Assembly (NCBI GenBank): GCA_020444265.1
Contig: JAHLLH010000009.1
Coordinates: 8,427 to 72,426, forward strand
Direction: 5' to 3'
Origin: a bacterium
GTDB lineage: Bacteria; Electryoneota; Electryoneia; Electryoneales; Electryoneaceae
DNA: 64,000 bases
Positions within the stretch are counted from its first letter, which is position 1, and each line of letters opens with the position of its first letter. Positions 17,933 to 27,005 of the stretch are shown here, in pieces. The notes below the pieces were generated by a model. That model did no database searches. It was not told where the DNA came from and worked only from the letters and a program-made list of their open reading frames with translations. The position numbers and the translations under genes are program-made.

Positions 17933-20599
17933 TCACTTGAGAAGCATGATTTTTCTTGTCTCTTGCCATTTCCCTGGTACAGATGCTCGCAACAGGTATA
18001 GCCCGCTCGCTTGGCTATGTCCGTTAAATTGCAGCGCATGCTGTCCAGCAGCCAAGCGTTGATCCGCCAACGTTGCAACTTTTTGCCCCAAGAGGTTGAA
18101 GACCGATACTCGCAGGTACGATGCAGTTGGCAAGTTTATTCGGACCATAGTGGTTGGATTGAATGGATTGGGCCAGGCCTGACTCATTTCATAGTTCTCC
18201 GGTAATGAAGCCGCTGGATTCTCCTCAACAGCCACACCTGTCGAGATTAGCGATATTTCTTTGCTGTAGTTGTTTTCGGTGTCGAGCACGATCACACTTG
18301 TCGTGAACGGATCTGAAACAAGCACACGTAAGACAGCCTTTTCGTTCATGTCTCCTGACTCATCGACTACTTCGATCAAACCAGGATCATCAACACTCCA
18401 ACTAAAGGACGGATCTAACAAACCGAACAGAGTTTGTGACGTGAACTCTTGCTGGTAGGTGTCGCCCTCGTAGACATACTCTTCGATTCCGAGCAGAGCA
18501 TTGAAGTCACGATTCACATAGACGCCCGGATCCACACTAGAGAAGCCAACGCTGCTGAACTCAATATCGATGGAAGGATTGTTGATAGCCGAAGGAATGG
18601 ATAGCTGCAAGTTTACCGATGAGTTGTTTCTGCTTGGGCTGATGTAAACAAGCCAGTAGAAGCTGTTAGCGTAATCCTCGATATCCCTCTGAATGGCACC
18701 GAATAGCGTACCCAGATCGTTGAAATCACCGTCATAGGCGCCGGCGGAACCAAGGTTGGCAAGAGCTTCCGTATCGGCATTATCCCCGACGGCAATTGTA
18801 AACACCTGTTGATCAGATACAGCATTCAGTGCTTCCGTTTCACTGGTGGAGCCTTGGGTATCCTCGCCATCGGACATCACCAGCATGGAACTTTGAATGA
18901 TACCATCAACGCTGTAATCGTTGACCAATTCAGCAACACCTGAGACCACCGCACCGTACAAATTGGTGGAGGCAGGACCGAGGGCGATTCCATCAATTGC
19001 GGCGATCAGGGCGGTAGTATCTTCAGTGAAAGACTGGAGTTCATCCACATCTTCCGAGAAGGTCCAAACCGCGAAAGATTGATTTGCAAAACGATTGCGG
19101 ACCGCATTTTTTGCTGCCTGCTTCACCGTGGGCAGGTTCAAGCCGATAGAAAAGCTGTTGTCCAACATCAGTAGGGTTCGCTGCTCAAAAGGCAGGTTCT
19201 CAACTTGACCGACATTCGGTATGGATTCTGTTTCCGATATCGCACTTCCGTCTTCACGAATGTCATAGTACTGTAGCGAATCGAGGAAAGAGATTGCTTT
19301 GCCAGTTCCGGAAGCGACCCGGTAGATGACATTGACAAAGGAAGGATGAACAGTGTCAGACAATACTTCCACCAACTGAACATTACCGAGTTGCATGTCG
19401 AACACCATATCGCTGGTGTCACGGTATGTGTAGTCACCGACAGTCGAGGTAATCTCGATCTGGAAATCATTGAGGCCAGCGACGGGTTCCACCATCCAGT
19501 CATACTCGCCGGTGTTTTCTGCAGCGGCTGCAATCGTGGAATACCACTCACCATGCTGCAGAAGCGAAATGTTGACAGATGATTGAATACTGCTTTCCCA
19601 TGTGATCGATGCAATGGTTCCGGTGGCAACGGTCTCACCCGCGTTCAAAGAGGTCAGTTGTAAGGGATTTGTAAGGCTGAAGGTGGGTGATGTAGTGTCC
19701 GTCAGGGTTGTTTCCAAGTATTCCATACTCGCGACGATTGCATACCCGTCGCCCAACTCATGTGGGGTGATTTGCCAAGCCCATTCAGATGTTCCAGTTA
19801 TATTTGAAGCAATATTTTCGACCCATTCGCCGTTGTGTAAAAGGTCTAAATCCAAGGGTTGTTCGACATCGAGGACTTCCAACCAAAGGATTTGGAGAGT
19901 TGATCCAACCGGATACTCTCCACCCTCTGGCTGCGAAATAGTCATCGATGATAAGATTTGAAAAGTCTCGGATGTGTCAGCGTAGGTTGTGCCTGCAAAG
20001 TCAATATCAATCCTGAGCTGATATCCGTCACCAAAATCGGTGATATCAATAAGCCAATCATATTGGCTTTCCGTAATGCCTTCCGCAATTGTTTCCACGA
20101 AGTTGTTTTCACGCAGAAGCTGCAGGGAGACAGGAGATCCAGTTGAGCTTGTCCATAGCGGGTACATGTAATTACCGAAGAAGAACTCTCCGTTCAGGTC
20201 TGATTCGAACCACAAAGAAGGCTCAATATCATTGTACCAGACAACCGGTAAAATGATTTCGTCCTCCCCAACGACCAGGGTTCGGTTTTCTCTCATTTCC
20301 CAAACGACATTTTCACCATGGAGTATCACAAACTTGTAAGAATAGGTACCAACGGAAAATGAGTTCATTCCTGCATAGATCAAATCGGAATCGTCATCGG
20401 ACAGGAGTGTCACTTCATTCCAGCCATTCCATGAACCCTTCACAGCCATCTCATCCGTCAGGGGATCGAATTCATCAAGACTTTCCTGGAGGGACATGTC
20501 AACCTGGAAAGTGACATCCGTAGCGAATGATGGTGCGGTGGTAAGACAAATCAGAACCAGCAACAGACAAGCAGAAAACACCCAGCGGACGTGTGCCAT
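17933..20599 (-). CDS. Large secreted vWA-domain protein with a T9SS C-terminal sorting domain
   Basis: An N-terminal signal peptide is present. A central von Willebrand A domain (LLMLDNSFSI...MSDGEDTQG) and repeated beta-sandwich modules follow. The C-terminus (AWPNPFNPTTMVRINL...RKIMLLK) matches the Por sorting-domain pattern. Confidence 0.75.
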   Translation of the reverse strand: MAHVRWVFSACLLLVLICLTTAPSFATDVTFQVDMSLQESLDEFDPLTDEMAVKGSWNGWNEVTLLSDDDSDLIYAGMNSFSVGTYSYKFVILHGENVVWEMRENRTLVVGEDEIILPVVWYNDIEPSLWFESDLNGEFFFGNYMYPLWTSSTGSPVSLQLLRENNFVETIAEGITESQYDWLIDITDFGDGYQLRIDIDFAGTTYADTSETFQILSSMTISQPEGGEYPVGSTLQILWLEVLDVEQPLDLDLLHNGEWVENIASNITGTSEWAWQITPHELGDGYAIVASMEYLETTLTDTTSPTFSLTNPLQLTSLNAGETVATGTIASITWESSIQSSVNISLLQHGEWYSTIAAAAENTGEYDWMVEPVAGLNDFQIEITSTVGDYTYRDTSDMVFDMQLGNVQLVEVLSDTVHPSFVNVIYRVASGTGKAISFLDSLQYYDIREDGSAISETESIPNVGQVENLPFEQRTLLMLDNSFSIGLNLPTVKQAAKNAVRNRFANQSFAVWTFSEDVDELQSFTEDTTALIAAIDGIALGPASTNLYGAVVSGVAELVNDYSVDGIIQSSMLVMSDGEDTQGSTSETEALNAVSDQQVFTIAVGDNADTEALANLGSAGAYDGDFNDLGTLFGAIQRDIEDYANSFYWLVYISPSRNNSSVNLQLSIPSAINNPSIDIEFSSVGFSSVDPGVYVNRDFNALLGIEEYVYEGDTYQQEFTSQTLFGLLDPSFSWSVDDPGLIEVVDESGDMNEKAVLRVLVSDPFTTSVIVLDTENNYSKEISLISTGVAVEENPAASLPENYEMSQAWPNPFNPTTMVRINLPTASYLRVSVFNLLGQKVATLADQRLAAGQHALQFNGHSQASGLYLLRASVPGKWQETRKIMLLK

Positions 20600-20939
20600 T
20601 TCTATTCAATCTCCTGTCGAACAGTAATTCAGGAAGGAACATACGGGAAAATTGTAAGGAATGGCTAACTTATACGCAAGAATCTTCGAGTAATTTTCCG
20701 GATTCGCGCGAGAACTCGATAGCGCGTTAGATAAAGTGGTTCAGGAGTAAATGAGAGGGATTTACAGAAACTTTCCAATGTGTCTGGCTCATTGCCTCTT
20801 TGGAAAGCTGTTAATCGTACCATAGTGCGAGAAACCATTTGCACCTCTTTAGAGTTCTCCTCCGAACGGGCATTTACGGGTGCGAGCCTGTACATTGTTC
20901 GACTGGCTTCCGATGACCAACAGGGACCTCTTCGCCTGC

Positions 20940-21911
20940 ATGCTGAACTTGATCCGCATCCGACGGTTGTATCTCGTCGTTCTGCTGTTTGCTCTGCTAC
21001 CTGGGGCGGCATCTGCCCAGCTCGATGTGTTTGGACGGGAACAGATGGAACCATCCTCATTGACCGTTCGAGCGGGAGTGACAGGTCGTATTTGGTCGCC
21101 GAAAGGGTTTGAACCGTACAGCCTGGATGGCTTTTCGCGCGGTGCGATCTATGGTGGGCTGGAATGGCGTCACCCGCTGCATCCATTGGGCGAGATTTGG
21201 GATGTGATTGATTTTCCTGAACTGGAATTCCACACCAACTCTTCGCACGTCGATTTTCGCCCCCAGGCAGGTCAATTTCCCGAAACCTCCAGCGACTACC
21301 ACAACAGCCGCTATACCATCTGGGGTGTCTTTTCCAACTTCCTCTCCGTCCGCTATACGACAGACATTGCCCAAGCGAAATTCCTCGATGAACGTGCCTC
21401 GTTCGAGGATTTACTCGAGGAACCTGGCCGTTTCATCAAGGTCTGGGAAAACTGGACTCGTCAGATTGATGTCGGCATCATCGGCGCTCCATCCGATGAA
21501 ATCGAAGGCACCGAACTCGAGATCGGCTACTACCGGACCCGTCTCCAATGGCCCCTGATCGACTGGAATCGTGAGGAACGGTTCGAGGATGTGGGCGGCA
21601 TCTACCTGATTCAGGAAGATCTTCTGACAGAGGGGTTTTACGCGGAGCTGCACAGCGATCCGATCCCCGAGATCTGGCCCCTGGAAAGCCGTCTGCGAGT
21701 TCAGGTCGGCGGGATGTTCGGGATCAGCGCACGGTTCCGCTTGGAGCAGCAGATCTGGAAGGGTTTGCTTGGTGGGGCGGAGTTTATGGCGGAGTGGCAA
21801 ACCTTGAACAATGCCCGCGATAAATTTGAGCAGGATATCGACCTGAAAAGCCGCAGCCCACGTGAGACAAGGTTGCGGGTGAAAGCATATGTGGCGTGGC
21901 AGTTGTATTAG
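20940..21911 (+). CDS. Hypothetical outer-membrane (beta-barrel-like) protein
   Basis: A signal peptide (MLNLIRIRRLYLVVLLFALLPGAASAQ) is present and the C-terminus ends in aromatic residues (VAWQLY). No other motifs were seen, and the start was moved to the internal Met. Confidence 0.45.
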   Translation: MLNLIRIRRLYLVVLLFALLPGAASAQLDVFGREQMEPSSLTVRAGVTGRIWSPKGFEPYSLDGFSRGAIYGGLEWRHPLHPLGEIWDVIDFPELEFHTNSSHVDFRPQAGQFPETSSDYHNSRYTIWGVFSNFLSVRYTTDIAQAKFLDERASFEDLLEEPGRFIKVWENWTRQIDVGIIGAPSDEIEGTELEIGYYRTRLQWPLIDWNREERFEDVGGIYLIQEDLLTEGFYAELHSDPIPEIWPLESRLRVQVGGMFGISARFRLEQQIWKGLLGGAEFMAEWQTLNNARDKFEQDIDLKSRSPRETRLRVKAYVAWQLY

Positions 21912-22025
21912 GAAGTATTGCGAGGCGGACGGCTCAAACCGGACAACGAAGCAACCCCCGTCGGATTGGCAAGCAGGTGCCAGATCGACGGGGGTTGCTT
22001 CGTCACTTCGTTCATCGCAATGACT

Positions 22026-23219
22026 TTAGAAGGCAAAGAACCACTGTAGCGCGAGGATCTCGATGGGGTCGATGTCGGAATCGAAAAACATCGTCCGCTG
22101 GTAGTCGAGACGGATGTAGCCCTCGCGAATCACTCGATAACCGACCGCCACTTCAGCACGATGCAAATCGTCCCCCCAGGCATCCTTTGAGCCGGTCCCG
22201 TCGTTGAACCGTGCAATCTCGCTGTAGATCAGGCCATCGTAACGGCCCGCCAGATACCAACCAGGTGTGAAGTTCCAGCGCAGTTCCCCATAACCCGTCA
22301 TCAACCCAACTTCGCCTTCGTAGACATAAGGCGTTTCGAGGGTCATGCTCATCCCTTCCGAGAAGAACTGGAAGTGGCCGAAGCTGTACTCGAGGTAGGC
22401 GCCGAATGCAGTCTGCATGTAGTCCTCGACCGGGTCAACCGATCGGTTCGGTGGATTGGCAACTGCGTCAGTCAAGCCGGCGGGTGTTGGGGTACCATAC
22501 AACCAGGGGCCCCAGGCGACGGATCCCCCGAAACGAAGACCATTTGTAGGATGCAGGCCGAGGTTGCCGATCAGCTGGTAGCCGTCGTTGTCGTAGGCAC
22601 GAGTATTGGCGAGTGAGCCCTGTGTCAGGGCGAAACCAGTCTCGAAGATGCCGGGGGTGTACTGCAGCCAGATGCCCGTATCCCAGCAGGCATCGTAAGC
22701 GGGTGTGATCCCGGACCGTTGCCAAAGAGGACGGTAGGCGGAACGCAGGGTCTCGTTTGTTGCTGAGCCATCCTTCGGGAATGGTGTGTGGTAGTGCCAC
22801 ATCACCGGCACCCCAATCAGGGGATTCTGGTTGAAGTAGGTCGAGCGCCAGCCATAGTTGCCGAAGGGGGAAGGGATCAGTCCGACCTTTGCGGTCAGGT
22901 TTTGGACGGCAATGTTTTCGAACGTGAAATAGGCACCTTGAACACGTGGAGCTGCTTGGTCATCCCAGAGGAATTCGATAGCAAGCCCCATATCTTCCGT
23001 CCACTGCTTGTTGATGAAGCTGCGGACTCGGTAGGTATGGAAGGGGTCGTCCCCACGGTTGTTAATGTTGACGTCGCTGTGTTTGTCCAGCTCACGCATG
23101 GTGAAGGCGAAGTCGCCGCTGAAATCAAACCCCGTCGACCCGAGGGAGTACGATTTTGCGAAGACGGTCCCGGCCAGCAGCATGCCTGCGATCAGAATAA
23201 GGGGGGCGAATCGTTTCAT
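22026..23219 (-). CDS. Putative outer-membrane porin-like beta-barrel protein
   Basis: A signal peptide (MKRFAPLILIAGMLLAGTVFA) is present. Alternating amphipathic strands and a C-terminal aromatic signature (QWFFAF) fit an outer-membrane barrel. Its ATG overlaps the TGA of the upstream kinase gene (gcATGAaa). Confidence 0.5.
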   Translation of the reverse strand: MKRFAPLILIAGMLLAGTVFAKSYSLGSTGFDFSGDFAFTMRELDKHSDVNINNRGDDPFHTYRVRSFINKQWTEDMGLAIEFLWDDQAAPRVQGAYFTFENIAVQNLTAKVGLIPSPFGNYGWRSTYFNQNPLIGVPVMWHYHTPFPKDGSATNETLRSAYRPLWQRSGITPAYDACWDTGIWLQYTPGIFETGFALTQGSLANTRAYDNDGYQLIGNLGLHPTNGLRFGGSVAWGPWLYGTPTPAGLTDAVANPPNRSVDPVEDYMQTAFGAYLEYSFGHFQFFSEGMSMTLETPYVYEGEVGLMTGYGELRWNFTPGWYLAGRYDGLIYSEIARFNDGTGSKDAWGDDLHRAEVAVGYRVIREGYIRLDYQRTMFFDSDIDPIEILALQWFFAF

Positions 23220-25027
23220 GCTACAACCTCTGTTTCTTCGAGAATGGGCAGACGGATATCGAAGGTGGTCCCTTTTCCGATGGTGCTGGTGACCAGAATG
23301 TTCCCCCCATGCTCCTCGACGACTCGTGCTGCAACCGACAACCCCAGCCCGGTCCCTTCCTGCTTGCCATGAGTGACGAAAGGTTCGAAGAGATGATCGC
23401 GTATCTCTTCGGGGATACCGGGTCCGTTATCGACCACCTTGATGGAGATCACGTTTTCGTCCGGGACCAGCTCAGTCCGCACTTCAACTTCACCACGACC
23501 ACTCGTAATATCGATTGCCTGGAAAGCATTGCGTACGATGTTCTCGAGCACTCGTTCCACACGTCCCTGGTCCATCGAGATAATACCGTCCCACCCACAT
23601 GTGCAGGTGAGGTTGATGTTCTTTGCACGGTGATCCTGTTCGAAGTTGGTGACAATGTCCTGCAAGAAGGCGCCAATAGAGACTTCGCGCCGTTGCAGGA
23701 TCACATCCCCCTTCGCAAAATCAAGTAGTTCGGTGATCATGCTCTGCATGCGGTCAATCTGGTGAAGTACACGCTTGGCATAGTCTTGACGCTGGTCCTG
23801 GGTGGTGTTGGGCAGGGCGGTGAGCTGCATGAAACCGTAGATCGTGGTGATCGGTTGACGGAAATCATGAGTGATGGTCGAGGCCATTCGACCAATGGTC
23901 GACAACCGTTCATTCTTGATTAAGTCTTCGCGTGCCTTTTTCAGTGAGATACGCATCGCATCGAGCGATTGAGCGAGTGTGCCTATTTCATCGCTGGTCT
24001 GCACCGGAATGCTGGTGTCCAGGTCACCCCGACCAAGCCGTTTCGAGGAGTCTACCAGACGATGGATGGGTGATGTGAGCCCACGGGCGAGGAAATACGT
24101 AACAATCAGCACCAGGACGATGGCGGCAATACCAACCGCCAGCAGAGCACCCTGGATACGGTTCAGCAGCTCGACCAGGGAGGCCGTTGATTCGTAGACC
24201 ATGCCCTGTGCGAGAACCTCGTTGGATACATCCCGCAGTTCGAAAAGCGCTCCCGCATACCGTTGCCCGTTCAGCACAAATTCTGTGAAGGGCGCTTTAG
24301 GTGGAGAACCCTGCTGATCCTGTTTGACCCAGGGGATGCTCGGCAGTACTTCCGGGTTGCCAGCTTCTGAATGGGGTACGCTGCATATCGCGTCGGTCAA
24401 AGCATATTCGTCGAGCAGGTCGCCGGTGCTGGTGATCAGGGTATCGCTGCGTGCGAAGGCGAGATGATACCCGGTAAGGTCGGCAAAATGCTTGTCGATT
24501 CCCCGATCAAAACTGGTCCCGATCAGCAGCATGCCAAGGGACTGGTTGCCGCTGCGAATCGGCACAACGGCGACCTGGTAAAGCTGGCCCATCATGAACC
24601 AGATATCCCCGGAATCGTAGCCATTGCGGACATCCTGGATGATCGGGTTGGATAAGAGGTTGTCCCCATTCTGGTCCGGCGAATGGACTCGGTGGAGAAC
24701 GGTTCCCCGCACATCCAGAATCCAGAAAAGGTCAGTATCGTAGAGGGCGTGTGTCTGGTTGGCGGCGGCGACGATGGTGGCACGGTCCCCGGTGGAGAGT
24801 GCCCCGCGCAAACTGGGATCCGTGGAGATGTTGACCGCACGGTTGATCAGATTGTCCATCTGGGAGCGTTGGAAGGAATCAAATACAGAGGGGGTGACTT
24901 CCAGCTCTTCACGGAGTTGTTCCCGAGTGAAGTGGCCGAACCGGTTGCTGACGGCGGCAATCGACCCGATTACCATCAGGACGGCAACCAGGGCGAACAA
25001 CAGGAATAAACGACCACGGAATGTCAT
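23216..25027 (-). CDS. Sensor histidine kinase (periplasmic Cache-like domain, HAMP, HisKA, HATPase_c)
   Basis: Two transmembrane segments flank a ~280-aa periplasmic domain. The HAMP, the H-box (STITHDFRQP) and the G-boxes (GTGLGLSV) are present. No response regulator gene is adjacent. The start was chosen at the ATG (MTFRGRL). Confidence 0.85.
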   Translation of the reverse strand: MTFRGRLFLLFALVAVLMVIGSIAAVSNRFGHFTREQLREELEVTPSVFDSFQRSQMDNLINRAVNISTDPSLRGALSTGDRATIVAAANQTHALYDTDLFWILDVRGTVLHRVHSPDQNGDNLLSNPIIQDVRNGYDSGDIWFMMGQLYQVAVVPIRSGNQSLGMLLIGTSFDRGIDKHFADLTGYHLAFARSDTLITSTGDLLDEYALTDAICSVPHSEAGNPEVLPSIPWVKQDQQGSPPKAPFTEFVLNGQRYAGALFELRDVSNEVLAQGMVYESTASLVELLNRIQGALLAVGIAAIVLVLIVTYFLARGLTSPIHRLVDSSKRLGRGDLDTSIPVQTSDEIGTLAQSLDAMRISLKKAREDLIKNERLSTIGRMASTITHDFRQPITTIYGFMQLTALPNTTQDQRQDYAKRVLHQIDRMQSMITELLDFAKGDVILQRREVSIGAFLQDIVTNFEQDHRAKNINLTCTCGWDGIISMDQGRVERVLENIVRNAFQAIDITSGRGEVEVRTELVPDENVISIKVVDNGPGIPEEIRDHLFEPFVTHGKQEGTGLGLSVAARVVEEHGGNILVTSTIGKGTTFDIRLPILEETEVVA

Positions 25028-25043
25028 CACCACCCTCGTTTGA

Positions 25044-25745
25044 TCATGGTCCACCCAGAATGAAGTCGAGCTCGATCTCTCCTTCAGCTGGCACGGTTAC
25101 TGTCCGAATCTGTTCGTTGAAGCTCTCATGCCACGCATGTAGTTCATACGTGCCAGCCGGTACATCGTCGATCCTATAAGAACCGTCCTGATGCACTGAC
25201 GCAAACCATGAGTTTGGCAGGACCAGAATGACCCCATTCATGTGGGGATGAATGTCGCAATAGACACGGATTTCCCCGACCTTTTTGAACGTTTCCCGTT
25301 TGCTGTCCCCCTGGCCGTAACGACCAAGGTCGAATTTCCGTGACGGTGAAAGGCTGAAAAGGTTGTGGTAGACATCGTCCGAGTTTGGGAAGTCGACCGT
25401 TGTCCCCACCTGAACCGGGAGGATATGGGGAATGATGGTCATCTCGACCTGGTTCATCTTTGGAAACTCCCCAGGGGGAGGAGCGGGGGGCAGGTTCTCG
25501 TGTTCACCCAGATAGATCACTGCGATGATGGGTTGATCCTCACGGATCAGGTCCGGTTCGGTATGGTCTGTGTGACGGGAACGCGCGTACGGGCTGACCG
25601 AGTGGGTCTGGGGAAGGGTGGAGGCGACAAGTTGAACCTGGCCGATAATATCCCCTGCGAGGAGGGAGTGTGGCAGAGTTAGGAGTAGCAGGAGGGCAAG
25701 GATTCCAGTCAGCCCTGCCAGCCGCTTGTGCCACCTGATTATCAT
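25044..25745 (-). CDS. Secreted cupredoxin (type-1 copper, plastocyanin/amicyanin-like) domain protein with a C-terminal carboxypeptidase-regulatory-like beta-sandwich
   Basis: A signal peptide is present. The cupredoxin ligand pattern is complete: the upstream His in ...TVDFPNSDDVYHNLF, and C-x2-H-x2-M in RVYCDIHPHMNGV. Confidence 0.65.
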   Translation of the reverse strand: MIIRWHKRLAGLTGILALLLLLTLPHSLLAGDIIGQVQLVASTLPQTHSVSPYARSRHTDHTEPDLIREDQPIIAVIYLGEHENLPPAPPPGEFPKMNQVEMTIIPHILPVQVGTTVDFPNSDDVYHNLFSLSPSRKFDLGRYGQGDSKRETFKKVGEIRVYCDIHPHMNGVILVLPNSWFASVHQDGSYRIDDVPAGTYELHAWHESFNEQIRTVTVPAEGEIELDFILGGP

Positions 25746-25895
25746 CCGGATGCCTCCACCTTAATTCATCTCCCCGATCCATCCCCGACGGCTATAGAAA
25801 AAGGAATATCAAACCATTGGAGATGTCAACCAGAAACTATTTCTATGAACATGGTTTCCAGAGGAGACACTCTTCCATGTTCCAACTGCAAAAGG

Positions 25896-26978
25896 CTAGC
25901 GGTCGTAACCGACCATTTCAACAAAGCCGAGTGTCGAGCCTTCCACTCCCTTCCGAGTTACCTCAACCGCACCCTCGTAGTAGGTGACTCGTGTCGAGCC
26001 ATCTGTTCGGAGCTCCTGGTCCTCATACAATGGTGTTACGTTCAGTTCAATCTTCTTGCTGGGAATGGTCATGCTCCAGCCAAAGGGATAGGTGGCACCG
26101 CTTGCTTCGCTGGTCCAGCTTCCGGTCGGTTCGATGGTGATCTGGTCGAGGTGGATGCGTTCACGGCGGCCGTCACGTCCGATAAACGTGCCCTCGCTTT
26201 GCGGGATAGCCTCGCCGTCTCCTCGACGAATCCGGTAGAACATCAGGGCATCTCCACCCGGCAGCTCGAGGCCCCACCAGTCCCAACCCACCAGCCCGCC
26301 ACCGAGCTGCTGATTGCCGAACTCATGGTCCATCCAGAGACGACCCGTCACCTTTATCGGCTCGAGTGAAGTGGCATTCTCGTCGGCCCCAGGCAAGTAC
26401 CATCCGGTGGCGTCAATGAAGGGCAAAGAGTAATAATAAGAGGCTTCAGCATCCCCTGGCCCTTTCGGGCTGTAACCGTCCTCGCCATGCAGCACGGGAG
26501 TAGTTGTTGCGGTGGCGGTCAAACGGATTCCACCGACATCATCATCGTATGCTTCAAGCACAAAGGTGGTGTCGATCAGGCTCGCTTCCCAGGCATCGAG
26601 CCAGACCTTCATCATGTTGTCGTCCGACCCAGCTTCTCCGAGGATCCCACGCGCAATGGCCTCCCCGTAAGCGAAGGGTTGACCGTTGCCCGAAGTAGCG
26701 AAATGGCTGAAATAGAGCTCGCCGGATCCCTCACCGGGCAGGGAATTGCGAAAAAAGGTCAGCTCGAGGTTGATCCAGTTTTCCATATCGTCCGGGTCCG
26801 CGCCTTCCGGCAGCAGGTGCCCAGTGAAGTACCACCACTCGACGGCATAGTCCGAATGGTTGGCATGGTCACGCGGGAAGGACCACTCGTAGCCCGGGGC
26901 AGGACGTTTGAAGTCCTGGGCCGAAGCACTGGTTGTGGTGAAGATCAAGATGGGTAGGAGCAGTAAAAATCGCTTCAT
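25896..26978 (-). CDS. AttH-like secreted lipocalin/CrtC-domain protein
   Basis: A signal peptide is followed by WSFPRDHANHSDYAVEWWYFTGHL, typical of the AttH / hydroxyneurosporene-synthase-like domain. The gene sits downstream of a MacB-type ABC pair, as in attEFGH. Confidence 0.6.
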   Translation of the reverse strand: MKRFLLLLPILIFTTTSASAQDFKRPAPGYEWSFPRDHANHSDYAVEWWYFTGHLLPEGADPDDMENWINLELTFFRNSLPGEGSGELYFSHFATSGNGQPFAYGEAIARGILGEAGSDDNMMKVWLDAWEASLIDTTFVLEAYDDDVGGIRLTATATTTPVLHGEDGYSPKGPGDAEASYYYSLPFIDATGWYLPGADENATSLEPIKVTGRLWMDHEFGNQQLGGGLVGWDWWGLELPGGDALMFYRIRRGDGEAIPQSEGTFIGRDGRRERIHLDQITIEPTGSWTSEASGATYPFGWSMTIPSKKIELNVTPLYEDQELRTDGSTRVTYYEGAVEVTRKGVEGSTLGFVEMVGYDR

Positions 26979-27005
26979 GATTTCCCCTTCCTCTTTACAT
27001 CCATG

